Positions 1 to 13,960 of a stretch of 64,000 bases of DNA are shown piece after piece. A program made the position numbers and the translations under genes. The stretch comes from Eledone cirrhosa (lineage: Eukaryota), in assembly GCA_964016885.1 (NCBI GenBank), contig OZ024742.1:122946001-123010000 (forward strand). The letters are read 5' to 3'. The notes under the pieces were generated by a model, which saw only the letters and a list, made by a program, of their open reading frames with translations, was not told the DNA's origin and did not search any database. Within the stretch, counting starts at the first letter, position 1; each line of letters begins with the position of its first letter.

Positions 1-1024
1 CCCCATTGTCATTATTATGAGAACAGAATCTCAATATTCTGAGGCGATTCCGGCAAACCAAGCCAGCACTGGCATTTATTTTTGCAGTAAATCTTCTTAT
101 TGTTGCTTCAATTCATATGTCTCGCCTCGCACCTGGTGACCAGAAGCATACAGGATATAGACAAACGATAACTTAGAAACAACTACACAACACGGTGAAA
201 CGTTTTGACGCGAGCATAAGCATTTCGAATATGCATGTGTTAATATATGGATAGTGTTTTTCGATATGAACAGTTTTAAAATTATGAATATACATATGAA
301 TTAACGTAGCTTGCATTATTATCCATTTTGTATTACTGAAGTAAATTTTATATGCATTCTGCTTCACTTTCTAGGTGCTGTATGTCCTCTAAGCATTGAT
401 TTCGTATATGTCGATAATATTATGACAGAGAAAGTATAACATTTTTTACATGGTTTGAATTCAGGATATAATGCAAGTGAAGCTAGCTACAACAATAAAT
501 TTGGCATTTCGAGAAATATCGTGTTATCCTGTGAAAGCTACAGGATTGGTTTCAGACATGTTGCTCCGGAGACTAATAGCCTTCCGAATTTGTCACGAGG
601 GAAATCAGGGTATGTCATAAAGTTGTGTCTTTGTGAGTTTGTGTGTGTGTACGTGCACATTTTGAGAAATTAAAACATGAATGTGAACCTAAATTTCTAA
701 AGATGAAGGGAAAATGAAGTTTCCCTCCATATATTTTTTTCTTTTTGCTTTGTCTCTTTTGTTAGCAACGTTGAGTATAGTCTTAAACTTATATATATAT
801 ATGTATATCGGTGAAACATATGCTATAATAATTTAGAAATATTTCACCTAGACACCAAGACCGATATTACAATATTTGTAGCCATGAATAACAATCGTGA
901 GCTGACGAATGACATATTTTTAAATATTTCTCAGAAAACTGAATAGATTATTTATGAATCTAAGGCTCATTTAATAGAGCAAATTAAAAATCGTCATGAA
1001 CAGATGACGAAATTTCCTGTTTAT

Positions 1025-1173
<149 letters not shown>

Positions 1174-1373
1174 ATACTTGGGGAGGGTCATATTTGTGTA
1201 ATATTGCCAGAATTAATAACAGAACACACTCACTGTTTGGTTGGTTTTCGCTTCTCGCTTCTGTGTCATTTATATCGGTAATATAACTTACTCGGTCCTC
1301 AATGTTGCCATTGACTGACCGGCGGTCAAAAATAATACAGTTACAATATAGACACAAACACATATATATTGTT

Positions 1374-1417
1374 TATCATAAATCTTTCGTTGCACATCTG
1401 CAACATCGTCAGTGGTG
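1374..1417 (-). ncRNA. Minimal type I hammerhead motif in the 3' pLTR
   Basis: Minus strand reads cacca CUGACGA u GUUGCA gaug UGCAAC GAAA GAUU UA ugaua. Core and stem II are intact; stem I is weak. Confidence 0.6.
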
Positions 1418-1884
1418 TTATATTATCCTCCTGTTGTATTGTATGTCTACGCCATTTTTATTCAGTCTGTCTATATATTTATTTATTTATTTGCTTCTTT
1501 GTTTATTTTATTTTGTCTTCTTTGCGCATGCGTTTGCGTGTGTATAGTGTTTTGTTTGCTGTGTGATGGGTGACTAGTGTGTGTTTATGTGCTTGTTGTT
1601 ATTGTGCTTGTGTATGTATTTATTTATTTATTTATTTATTTAATTTTATTTACTTATTTATACTTCTCTTAGGTCAGTGTTGTTTGTTTGCGTGTTGTTG
1701 TTATTCCATTCATTATTTCTGTTTAGCCTTGGTCTTCTAATTTCTATTTCACTAGCCTCTCTGATTTGCCTATCTACTGGGTCATTTCTATGTTTAGATA
1801 TTATTCTAATTTCTATGTTGTCTATGTTACCCTCATGTTGTTGTCTAGCATGTTCGTATAGTACTGACCCGTTTTTTCGTCCTT

Positions 1885-3700
1885 TTAGTTCCCCCAGTGT
1901 TGGTCTATCCTTTCACCTATGCTACGAGCTGTCTCACCTATGTATGTTGTTGTCATGTTTCTGCAGGTACCCTCTGTACATCTTATGCTATAGACTACGT
2001 TTCTAGTTTTACAGTTTATCCGGGGGTTCATCTTACATATGATACATTTCCTATTGGTACAGTGGGTTTTCTTAAAAGGGTAGGTTTTGCTGATCAGGTA
2101 TTTTATGGTGGTTCCTGGCTTTTCTACCACCTTTATTTTTAAGTGGGTCTTTCGCAGGGCCTTTCTACACTGGTTAGATAATTTCCCTCCAGGGGTAGCG
2201 TCCACAAGCATGACACTCTGGTATCTCTGGTTGTCGTACAATGAGGTGGCTTTCCCTATCTTATGTCTAGCCCTATCTAAACTATTCCATGATTTGCTCC
2301 TGTATAATGGGCAAATTCCTTTCATATCCAGTTCTATGAGGGTTTTATACTTCTCCATGGCTCCTTCGTATACTCTGACTCTGTCTCTTTGGTTGTAGCC
2401 AGAGAACTGCATGCGATTGATGAAGTGTTGGATGTGTCTTTCCATTTCTGTTGGGTCGCACATGCGGGAGACATTCTTCATCACCCGTACCAAATCTGCG
2501 ATCACAATATTAAACTTAGCACTAATGGACATTGCTGAGTTTTTGAGTATCAGGTATTTGGAGGCCATGGGTTTAGCATAGTGTGAGTTTGGGCTCTTTC
2601 GTCTATAGTGTTAATCCAGAGTTCTGTGTCTAACACAGGTAGTCTATTGTTAGGGTGTTTGGAAGGGAAGTCGATAGTTACAGTTATACTCTGGTGTATG
2701 GAATTAGTTATCTGCTGGATGCTTTCCATCGTGCTACGTTCTAATTCAAACTTGATAGTTCTCTCTAGTGGGGGTGTTCTTATAACTATATTGATATCGT
2801 CTACATAACGAGAGTACATGATGAGGTCTATGGAATCTCATTAAGGAGATCTTTAAGTCTCCTTTCCCACCATACCATGAAAAGGTTGACAACATCACCA
2901 GCTATGCTGACACCGATGGCTGCTCCCTCATTTTGGGTGTAGATCTTCTCGTTAAACTTAAATATGTGGCCCTTTTGGGTAGTTTAGATACTAGCCCCTA
3001 TTGCATGTGCGACCATTTTTCTTACCTGATCATTGTTTTGTGGGGTCCGTATAGCTTTGGTCCACCCAGTCCACCTTCCCATGGGAGTCTTTTTTGCCAT
3101 AGAGGTTATGGTGGGGGGACTACCTCTTATAGGTCTACTAGGGCAGGAACATCTAAGGTCATGGTTGTCTAGGTAGTCAGTGTCGTAGGTAAGTCTATGT
3201 AGGAGGCCCAGTTCGTCTGTGTCGACGTCGCAGAAATCCACCTCACTCTCAATGATCATCTCCACACATCTTTTCACAGCAAAATCAATGTTAATGGATG
3301 GGTACAGTGACACCACATCCATGCTGCCTATTATGCAGTTGGATAGTTTACTGTTTTTGTTGCACTCACTGATTCTGCTGAAGAGGTCCTCTGTACTGTC
3401 ACATACATCTGGGGACATCTTGATTATGGGTCGTATAACCATTGAGAGGAAGTAGGAGTCTTGTTGGTGGTCCTGTTGTCGGGTCGTCGACTGTCTTGTG
3501 GTCTTTGCGGAGCCCATACAAGGGTGGTATGCCATTGTTAGACGCCTTGAAGTTGTTGGCAGTGCGTCTGCTTGGCTTTAGGATGTCAGTCCACATCATC
3601 ATGTGAGCGTTGAGGATTTTCTCTCTCCCATCGTGTGTTTGTTGTGCAATTTCGCTCGTGTTGGTGATGTGGGGTTGCATAGCCTTGATGTAGTTCGGCA
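1885..3700 (-). pseudogene. Disrupted PLE reverse transcriptase / GIY-YIG endonuclease coding region
   Basis: ORF pieces 3399-3818, 2984-3535, 2550-2819 and 1885-2568 are consecutive frameshifted parts of one RT-EN polypeptide. Confidence 0.9.
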
Positions 3701-3812
3701 TGCTATCTATTGACATCCTACCAGACAATCCACAAGCAAATAAATAAATAAATATATAGACAGACTGAATAAAAATGGCGTAGACATACAATACAACAGG
3801 AGGATAATATAA

Positions 3813-3856
3813 CACCACTGACGATGTTGCAGATGTGCAACGAAAGATTTATGATA
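3813..3856 (+). ncRNA. Minimal hammerhead motif in the inverted 5' pLTR
   Basis: CUGACGA 3818-3824, stem II gttgca/tgcaac, GAAA 3842-3845. Confidence 0.6.
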
Positions 3857-4118
3857 AACTATATATATGGGTTTGTCTCTATATTGTATCTGTATTATTT
3901 TTGACCGCCGGTCAATCAATGGCAACATTGAGGACCGAGTAAGTTAGATTACCGATATAAAAGACACAGAAGCGAGAAGCGAAAACCAACCAAAGAGTGA
4001 GTGTGTTCTGTTATTAATTCTGGCAATATTACACAAATATGACCCTCCCCAAGTATAACAATATTTGTTTCGACACACGATTTCATATAAAAAACCTCGC
4101 AAAACTAATTCATCGCCG

Positions 4119-4173
<55 letters not shown>

Positions 4174-4362
4174 GGTGGACACCTGATGTATATTGGGAGG
4201 TGACCACAGGAAAAAAACTTAATAGTTGAGTTCACTGTTTGTTTCTTACGAATGAAACAGGTCTAGCCCTGTTGAAATCATTTCCATAATAATTGTTTCT
4301 ACTTTTGGCAAAAGGCCAGCAAATTACCAGTGTATTACTGAAATATTGCTGAAATTAGAAGG

Positions 4363-6830
4363 TTGGCCCCTCTTGCACTGTGGAACAATTCTTTCGCGGT
4401 GATTGATTGGTTCAACGGCATATGTAACAAGGAACATTGCCGTTTTATCCAATTCGACATCAACAATTACTACTCCTCCATCACTTTACCAATTCTCCTT
4501 AGAGCTATCAATTTCGCTAAAACACTCACAGTGGTTAAGGATTTCGAAGTTGATGTCATCCTCAATGCCCGAAAGTCGGTGATTAATTTCGACGAGTCTA
4601 TTTGGATTAAAAAATCCAATAGCACCCCATTCGACGTGAGCATGGGCGCTTGTGATTCTGTGGAGGTTACTGATCTTAACGGCCTTTTCCTTCTTTTCTC
4701 CATCAAGGAAGAATTCCCCAACGCGGGCGGTGGTTTGTACCGTGACGATGGTCTTTTGACCATGACTAACTGCGGACCTCGTGCTTGCGACAGGTTCGGA
4801 AAAGAACTCACAGCCTTCTTTAAAGGCTTCAACCTCTCTACACAGGTTGAGGCCAATCTCTCGGTCGTTAATTACCTTGACGTTACCCTCAATTTATTGA
4901 ATGGGTTGTATTACCCGTATAGAAAGCCGAATGATACGCTTAATTATATAAGTAAGCATTCCAACCATCCTGCCAGCATAACCAAGAACCTGGTAAGAAA
5001 CGTTTCGTTGAGGCTTTCCCGTCTTTCCACCAACGAGCGTATTTTCAACGACCATTCCACTTATTACAATGAAGCTCTTGCTTGCTTGAAGTGGATTTGT
5101 CGATAAGGTAGCATATACAGAGTACGAAAATAGACCTAGAAGAAATAGATCCCGTCGCATTTGTTGGTATAACCCACCATATAATATGGAGGTGGCCACA
5201 CCATTAGCTAAGATTTTTCTTTCCCTTATTACGAAACATTTTCCCCCTACACATAAATATAGTAAAATTTTTAATAGAAATACTATTAAAATGTCATACA
5301 CTACGACTCCTAACCTTGCACATAACATCACAGCTTCAAATTTAGCTAAACTACCTAGCCGTAGGAACATGTGCAACCTTGTAGTTAGTACTAACTGTAA
5401 TTGTAAGAATCGGGTTGATTTCCCCCTATCCGGGAAATGCCTCTCTAGTAACATTGTCTACAAATGTAAGGTTGTAACACCCACGTCCCGTAGGGCCTAC
5501 ATAGGGTTAAACGCCAATAGATTCAAGCAGCGTCTTTACACGCATACCCATTCTTTTCGTTACCTTCTAAGAAGGAATATGACGTCACTTTCAGCTTATA
5601 TCTGGAGTCTAAAAGACAACCACACCCAATATAAGTTACACTGGGAGATCCTAGCTAGGGCTAGATCGTATAACGGAAATAAAATACCATATAACTTCTG
5701 CGCCGCTGAGGCCCTGGAAATACTCTACGCCACAGACCACATCTTAAACAAAAAATCTGAGGCAATTTCGGCTTGTAAACATAAATTGCACAAACATTTC
5801 CTGTATTAAAGCCCCACGTTATACCCTAATGGATAGTACGATCTATACGTGGATATTTTACGTCTTAATGTGGGAGCTAAGTATATGTTCTGTTTATACC
5901 ATTACTTATTTGCATAGGTAAGTATATATTACCCGTATGTTTCGGGAAGGTACGTATACCTTCTCGTACGTATATTTGATTGTTTATGTTATGGCGTATA
6001 AACATTTTTTTTTATTTTTTATTCTGGTACATATGGTTTGGCTATGTGTATACAGGAGTTTTGCATCTGTGTGAGTATGCAGGTTCGTACGTATGTAGGG
6101 CGTGTGTATATGTGTACTTCATGTTTTGGTTGACTTACGTCTCCGAACATTCGTGTATTTACATGTAGGTATGTGTGTGCGCTTGTTATTTACATATTTA
6201 TTTATTTATATACGTTTATATAATTATTTATTTATTTATTTATATACACGCATACACACACACACATATTTATATGTGCGTGGTTTTGTATACCTACGGT
6301 AAGTGTTTTGCGTATGCTTGTGTATGTACGTATTTGTTTGCGTGTATGTATTTATTTATTTCTATTACTTCTGTATTGTATTTATTTACTTTGTTCTTAA
6401 CTCTGTAGCGGAGATTCATTCGGTCTCCTAGTTAGAATGTTAGTCTACGACTTCTGCTATACCATTTACGTGGTTTTGTCTTTGCGTGCTATTGTTCTCC
6501 ACGCTCCACATATGACGTATTATCTTCGTTTTTTTCGTTGTATTGCCAGAGAACGTCTCTATGAACTACCTAAGAGAACATTAGTCTACGACCTCTTTTA
6601 TGCCATAAACGTGGTTCTGTCTTTGCGCGTAATTGTTTTTCACTGCTCCTATTAATGACGTATCTTATTCCTTTTTCCCCGTTCTTTGCCAGCGAACGTT
6701 TCCCTCCGGTTGCAACGTTTTTTGAAATATCCACTTCTGCGTTTACAGATTGACTTTGTTAGTTTCAGAAGATCCCGTTAAGGGTGAAAGCAGCGATTCT
6801 TTGCTTAAACTTTAATCTGTTATTTTAATA
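4363..6830 (+). mobile_element. Penelope-like element, Naiad-like, 5'-truncated, with long 3' UTR
   Basis: ORFs 4363-5106 and 5186-5809 contain FIQFDINNYYSSI, FDVSMGACDS, GLYRDDGL, NYLDVTL, YRKPN, CNCKNRVDFPLSGKC and NIVYKCKV...AYIGL. The UTR has a ~140 bp tandem duplication (6440-6705) and a degenerate HHR at 6762-6795. Confidence 0.9.
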
Positions 6831-6850
6831 AATATATATATATATATATA

Positions 6851-7366
6851 TATAAGTATGTATACGTACATACATATATGTGTACAGAGGTACAGTAGTT
6901 TGTATATATGTACATACATGCACACATATATATATGTATATGTACGTATGGGTTTACTGAACATTTATTATAATGTTCGGTTTGTTTGTAAACAATTATT
7001 ACGCCGTACAGTGCTCGGCAACCATCGTCGCCCTTTTGTTCAACACTGACACAGGAACGATGTACTAGTTTCAAGCTTATTAACTATCGTCAGCATAGTA
7101 TACCTTTCTGTCAGATGATTGAACGTTTGAAAGTATATACTTTGCTCATGCATATTAACGGCTGAGCAGCCTAATTTGCATATGTACGGCGAGCACTGTA
7201 CGGCGTATTTCGGGCTGTTTGTTTGCAAACAAACCGAACATTATAATAAATGTTCGGTAAACTCATACGTACATATATATATATATATATATGTGCATAT
7301 ATGTATATATATACATACTACTGTACGTCTGTACACATATATGTATGTACGTGTACGTACTTATAT
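6851..7366. repeat. Foldback element: ~170 bp inverted arms (6851-7017 / 7190-7366) with an HHR-bearing spacer
   Basis: The arms are reverse complements of each other, e.g. acgccgtacagtgctcg / cgagcactgtacggcgt. Confidence 0.88.
7058..7098 (-). ncRNA. Minimal type I hammerhead ribozyme
   Basis: Minus strand reads cuaug CUGACGA u AGUU aaua AGCU u GAAA CUAG UA caucg, with a palindromic ACUAGU stem III. Stem I is extended by ctgaca/tgtcag and gttcaa/ttgaac. Confidence 0.72.
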
Positions 7367-7419
7367 TTAAGTATCAGCCGTAATAAGAGTGAGAAATGAA
7401 ATTTCGTTTCATTTTTTTT

Positions 7420-7478
<59 letters not shown>

Positions 7479-7481
<3 letters not shown>

Positions 7482-10400
7482 TCTCGAAAAACCATGGATC
7501 TGCAGCTGGAGAATTTTGTGTCAGTGCTGTGACTGTACAGGCTCGCACGCGTGTGGAAGTCCTCTATACAGCGATATCATTTGAAGATGCTCCCGTCCCG
7601 TGCTACTGCGTTGTTCTTTTTTCGAGTATGCCTTTCCTCGTAGATAGGTTTCAGTTCCTCTTACCCTCGTGCAGTACGCGTCTCGATCTTGGGCACTCAT
7701 TTACAATATTCTCCCATCTCTGTATGTCCAATCAATAAACTTTGAAACGGAGATGAAGCTGTCATCGTGCTCATGTGTCGGATGCCGGTTCCCCGTAAAG
7801 TATGTCTTTAGGTAACCTCCCGACCGGCATACATCGTACTTGACCGAGCTAGCACCGGTGGTGCTGTTTGAGCAGCGTGTATATGCTGGGTATCTTGGTG
7901 CCTGTTGGTGACCCGGTGAATCCACTTGATATCCAGAATGTCTCTCATGTTAAGAAGGTGCAATACATTGGGGTGTTGCTCCTGGCCGGAGTAGAGATTC
8001 AATGTCGCGCTGCTATAAAGCAGTGCGCTGAGGACACATGCCTTGTAGACAGAAATCTTGGTTTTCTGGTTCTTTTTCTGTTCTTTCAAACTCTCTTCCT
8101 CAGCCTGGCAAATGTAGAGGTTACTCGTCCAACTCTCCTGCTCAACTCGGGGTCCAGGAAGATGTCAGTGTTGATAAAGGTGAGCTAGATAAATTCGTGG
8201 ACCACTTCCAGCTCGTGGTTGCTGATAGTGATGGTAGGAGCCGTCTCTACTAACTAGGTTGAATCTTCGTGAGGTCAATGAAGGTGGTGTAGAATGGTTA
8301 CCCTTGCTCTCGCTACTACTCCTATAGCTATCGTGGTATACCCTTACAGCGATCTTCTGTATTCTGTTCAAGACCACGGGCGCAAAGACTTCGTAACGAC
8401 GCTTGGATGCGAAAAGCCTCGGTAACTATTGCAGTCGATTCTATCGCCTTTATTCTTATAGAGTGTGACAATATTGCACTGTCATTTGTTGCGGGACAGT
8501 TCCCTTCTCCCAGCACTAGCGCAGTAGTTTCAACAAGTGGCTAAGTAGCACGCCCTTTACCCATCCGATGACCTCTGGATGGATGCCGTTAGATTCTGGT
8601 GCCTTCCCAGCATGCAAGCCATCAATGTCTCTGCACAGTTCTTCAGCAGTCGGCAATACATCTAGCTCCTCCACAACTGGTAGGTATTCCACGGTGTCTA
8701 ACGCATTGTCACAGACGCTGATTTCCTTGCAATAGAGTTTGGAGTAATTTTCCACCCATCTCTCCAACTGCTCTCTTGTACCATTGATGACCTCACATCT
8801 TCTAAATTTTAATGGAGTTGCCTTGATCTGGTTGGCGCCGATGGCTTTCTTGATGCCCTCATACATTCCCCGAATGTTACCTGCGTCAAATGACATTTGG
8901 ATTCCTTCACATAGCTGCAACCTGTAGTCATTTTCACAGCGTCTCGCAATATTTTTTCTCTTGTTCCTAGGTGATCGCAATGTTCGCAACGTTGCTCTAG
9001 TGGGTTATTTATCATTCTTCGGCAGGGCAGCGCTCTTCTCCTCTATGCTTGTATTGAACTCAAACTAGTCACGTCTAATTCCTGGCTTCAATGTAGTATC
9101 ATGGATCGGTTGTCTGAGAGAGGCCTATCTTTGCTGACCATCACATTCCGGGGGGTCTGCAAGGAGGGCATGCTCCAGCGACTTCAGGAAAGCAACTAAT
9201 TTGGATGACTGCTGGGTAGCAGCGGCATTGATATACTGCCTGCCCCGAAGCTTGGCATAGTGCATTATATTTGGTTCGGGTTTGAAATTACAGCAAACCA
9301 AGGAGTGATCTGTGCCATGAAGAGACCCAGTCAAGAACATGTCTCTCAGGTGGATGCATTTGTTAGGATCAGACTTAGCTGCTGCCAGTGTTCTGAACGA
9401 AGGTGACACCAGGAAACTTCGTGCTGAGCATTTGTCACGTAGCATACAGAGCCCAAGCAGTGGTTCCTCACTGTCATTAATTTTACCGTCTCCGTGTTGT
9501 CCCAGATATCCTGTCCAGGAGTCGTGGTCAGCTCCCACACTTCCGGTGAAGTCAACAAGTAGCACCAGCTGTTCTCCATTTGAGTTTACCTGTATTTTTA
9601 TTGAGTGCTGGTCATAAATCTTAACCTTGTCGTCTTGTGTGGAATGAAGGGTTGGGGTATAAGTTTGACAGGCCCATCTGGGGGCATAAGTTTGACAGGC
9701 TCCGCTCCAAACTGTCACTATCGGGTCCTACCATCTTCAACAGTGAGTTCATCTGCAAGAAAAATGTGTATTCTCTCTCATGAATTGTCCCGAATCAGGG
9801 AGCCACGTTTTTTAGAGTAATTCAATGTCTACTCCATGTCATGACAGTCTGTTGTTGATAACTACTGCTTTGTGGGTATCACTGATCTTTCGAACATCAT
9901 CTGACAGACTAGTAGTCATGATCCATATGTTCCAACATCCGAGGCCTAATACCGGTTTCTTACATGGTTTGTTTGTTCACTGATTTTCTCGTTTCAGTGT
10001 TTACTGCCCACAATTCACTCAGTGGAGCAGGTTAGCTGTGACAGGACTAAGTGGTTGGAGGCTGCTCAGCTTGAGACAGGCGGTAGCAGTCCAGTGAGTC
10101 ACAATAACCTATCCCTCCGTCGAAAGCAAACCCTGGCGCCTTGTTCATACAAAAATCATGTGCAGAGTTATATTCGGTAGACTGCTACTTTCTGTGTTTT
10201 GCTGCCGCGGTGATGCGACGTTGGAATTACCTCTCCGGGTCTGCGCCCTAGAGAGGATTTATGGGAAATTAGCAGTTACCCATGATGTATGTCTCCCCGA
10301 TCCATGCCACCGGTGTTGTTGATGGGAAAAGCACCGGCCGATACAACTTAGCACCGGTGGGGCCGCAGAAGTTGCCAGATCGAGGTAGGATATCTTCGGG

Positions 10401-10705
10401 ACTCCGGCTCAAATTGTTACTCACGAAGTCCTTCCCGTAGGTAGGTGTAGCCGCAATGCAGCGGATGTTTAATTTCAGAAGTTGATTTCTCTTAGATGGA
10501 CTGCCCTCCTAGGTTGACGAGTTCCATCTAGTCGGAGCACTGGTTTGAAGGTCCCAGAACCCGCCTACTGTCAGAAGGGTCAGTTCTACCGGGTTTGCAT
10601 CTTATGCTACACGAGAATTCCAGGATTTGGATTTGGTTTCCAGGGGCTATTTGAGGCTCATGTCACAAGGAGCATTTTTTAAGCAGTACAAGTACACCCA
10701 CACTG
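7479..10705 (-). mobile_element. Degenerate RTE-clade LINE (APE + RT) including its 5' UTR
   Basis: APE fragments lie at ~9100-9950 (GCWNI, LLVDF..SVG.DH, TDHSLV). Linker/RT fragments include GNIRGMYEGIKKAIG, GKAPESNGIHPE and TKISVYKACVLSALLYSS. There are many stops, frameshifts and internal deletions. Confidence 0.88.
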
Positions 10706-10720
10706 TCACAGAAAGCGGGT

Positions 10721-10850
<130 letters not shown>

Positions 10851-11914
10851 GTGAGCGTGTGTATGTGTGTGTGTGCGTTCGTATGTGTGCGCGTTTGTCT
10901 CTGCGCGTGCACGCGTGTCTTAGGGTATGCGGAGTCGGCAGATATGTAACAAAAGAGAACCAGAGAAATACAAAAATAAATACATAGACGCAGAAATATA
11001 GCGATTGAATTGGAGACAGTGTAAATATTCCCCAATAACGTAATATATGTAGATACATCAACCCCAATGTAACAATATTCTGCATATGTTTACTTACATC
11101 TTGTGCATTACAAATGAAATATAACATCCTTTATATAAACATATCTATGTATTATATTTTTTATAAAATTGGTGTAATATTCCACAAAGTTCTCAAGCAC
11201 AGTAGTGTAAGGCTCAGATTTGACCATCTCCTTCACATTTCCCCCCTTCTCTGGGAGAAATCAGCTGTGTTCAGACATATAAAGGGGATGGGCACCGCCA
11301 CGTTTAAAATGCCTAAAACACGGTATATATCACGACAGAGCCCCTACGACTCCATCAGATTGTTCGGATCCATACTTACAAACATATCGTGCAAGCGCTA
11401 AATTTTGGTTTGAATAAATATGTGAGTATGTGTGTTTACAAATGTGTGTATATGTGTGCGTATATGAATTACATGTAGTGTGCATACACGAATGTCTCTC
11501 ATTATGCATTATATTTACAGATAGATATTACCTTATCAACTGTGTATTATAATAGCATTATATATAATGGTATCAATGATAACATTCTCCTATCGTCTAT
11601 AATTATCAATCTTAGTGAATTAAAGTAAAGAAGATGGTCTTCCGTCTCTGTCAAGGAAAACAATGTGAGTTAATGTCGATAACTACACACTGGTTTATAT
11701 CTGTGCCATACACTGATGTATTTATGCAACTTTTACATCTGTAATGATAAGTACAATCCATTCGTCGAGCAGCCTGCCATTTTCTCTGTCCCCACTACCA
11801 TTCACAAGTCATGGATTGACATACAAGCATACATATATATACACCAACATTAACACAAACACACTTAAATCATAGATACATACATACATACACACGCCCC
11901 CCCCCCCACCCCCC

Positions 11915-11965
<51 letters not shown>

Positions 11966-11967
<2 letters not shown>

Positions 11968-13559
11968 CGAGGAAAACTATAGTTAAATTCGATGATAGCT
12001 ACTGGGTTCGCAAAGATAGACCTTCTAATTTTGATATCACAATGGGTTCTAATGATTCGGCGGAAGTAACTGATCTTGTGGGAATTTATATCACCCACAG
12101 ATTACAAGGAAAATTCAAGGATCTCCACGGTGGAATCTACCGTGACGATGCGCTCCTATTAGTTAAGCATATGAATAACCAGAATTTAGAAAGGATGCGT
12201 AAAAATATCAGAAAGCTTTTTAAGGAACTAGGATTAAATATTACATTTGAATATAACCTCAAAGAGGTCAATTTCCTTGATGTTACTTTCAATCTCAATA
12301 CAGATACGATTAAACCGTTCCATAAACTAAATGAGAACCTTAAATATGTAAATACGAGTTCTAACCATCCACTCTCTATAATTAAATCCATCCCTAGAAA
12401 TGTTTCTCTTAGAATCTCCCGCCTGTCGTCCAACCAACAAACCTTCAAAGAACATGCCGAATATTATGATGATGCACTTAGGAAAGCCGGTCACCTAGAT
12501 AATATAGAGTATATAGTCAAAGATCACCAAAACACCCAAAATAAATCCCATAGGAGTAGAAATAGCACAGAATCACCACCATACATACACTACCGCAATA
12601 GACACAATAATAGTCGCACACCACCAAACAGAAGGCGATGTAAGGAGTATATTTGGTACAACCCGGTCTATAACAACTCTATTAAAACCAATCTACCCTC
12701 AAAATTCTTTCGATTAGTTAAAAAACACTTTCCAACATCACATAAATATAATAAAATCTTAAACCCTAACACTATTCGACTTTCATATTCAACCGCCCCT
12801 AATATTGAACAACATATAAAAAAGCTTAACGCAAAACGGTTGTATAAACGCCTTCCAACACATAACAATACACGTAAAACATTAGCTATAACATCACAAA
12901 ACAACAAACAACATCCTGTCCTACATAAGCACCCTCATCAACCAATCCATGGCAATACAACAACGCAAAATTATAATTGCAACTGTGTCCAACCAGGAAT
13001 GTGTCCGTTGAACAATCAGTGTCTTGAACGCAACATCGTATACAAATGTACTATCGAATCGGATAGACAGAAGTGGTACTATGTGGGATCTACAGCCACC
13101 TCCTTCAAATCACGCCTTTATAGACATCGTTACTCGATAAAACATGAAAACCAGCGTTATGTAACAACACTCGCAGACAAGGCTTGGCAGCTGCGTGAAA
13201 ATAACCAACAATTTCACCTAAAGTGGGATATAATAGCGGCTGCTATACTCATGGTATTCTCATTAGAAACCCATTATATACTTGTTTGGCAGTAAATTAA
13301 TTTACCATCTGTCATATACTATCCCCTCTGTTTCTTCCTCTATTACTAATATAAATACTTCAATTTTTCTGATTTTATCCAATTTATCCAAAATCTCTGA
13401 AGAAGTGACAACTGATTATACATTTGCTATCGAATACTTGCTAACATTATATGATTACGCAAGCAGCGATACATAGGTATTCCGTCTGTTACAGAAACAT
13501 ATGTCAATACCTAATAAATTCCTTTTTTAAAAAAAGCACTTTCATTTTATATTCATCCT

Positions 13560-13562
<3 letters not shown>
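11966..13562 (+). mobile_element. Penelope-like element, Naiad-like, 5'-truncated at (TA)n
   Basis: The frame opens at the TA junction (ARKTIVKFDDSYWVRK...FDITMGS). ORF 12042-13295 has GGIYRDDALL, VNFLDVTF, YIWYNPVY, CNCVQPGMCPLNNQC (CxCx5Cx5C) and NIVYKCTI..YYVGST. The endonuclease C-terminus appears deleted near 13245. Confidence 0.92.
13396..13506 (+). ncRNA. Hammerhead-like motif with a large stem II insertion, at the PLE 3' end
   Basis: CUGAAGA 13397-13403, gtgaca...tgttac stem, then GAAA CAUAUG UC at 13494-13505. Stem I is poor. Confidence 0.5.
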
Positions 13563-13598
<36 letters not shown>

Positions 13599-13627
13599 AA
13601 AAACCACAGACTCTCCATCTCAACTCA

Positions 13628-13665
13628 CCTTTTGAAAAGCAGAAGAACTGCGAAACCGGTAAAGG
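13628..13665 (+). ncRNA. Degenerate minimal hammerhead
   Basis: CCUU uugaaaa GCAG aagaa CUGC GAAA CCGG UA AAGG. All three stems are intact, but CUGANGA has decayed to UUGAAAA. Confidence 0.6.
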
Positions 13666-13929
13666 AACCAAATAAATATATATATTTAAAAAAAAAATAA
13701 GACTCCAGTTGCATTTTCGATTTCATCTCTTTTTCTTTATACTTTCACTCGTGTAGGACACCTCGGTTATTTTTCATTTTGTAAAAAAAACCTCACTTTC
13801 TAATATATGTATATATATATACTTATATATATACATACATATGTAAATATACATATATATATATATATGATAATTATTAATAATGGTATATCGTGCAATG
13901 GGCATACTCGATAACGAGGAGGCAGCGAT

Positions 13930-13960
<31 letters not shown>

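Noticed and set aside
895-950. CUGACGA...GAAA motif
   Set aside because: No credible stem III or adjacent stem I, so probably chance in AT-rich DNA.
4247-4285. HHR-like cgaatga-aacagg/cctgtt-gaaa
   Set aside because: Only stem II and GAAA fit. The core, stem I and stem III are unconvincing.
4470-5454. Antisense ORFs over the PLE
   Set aside because: Shadow frames of the RT coding strand.
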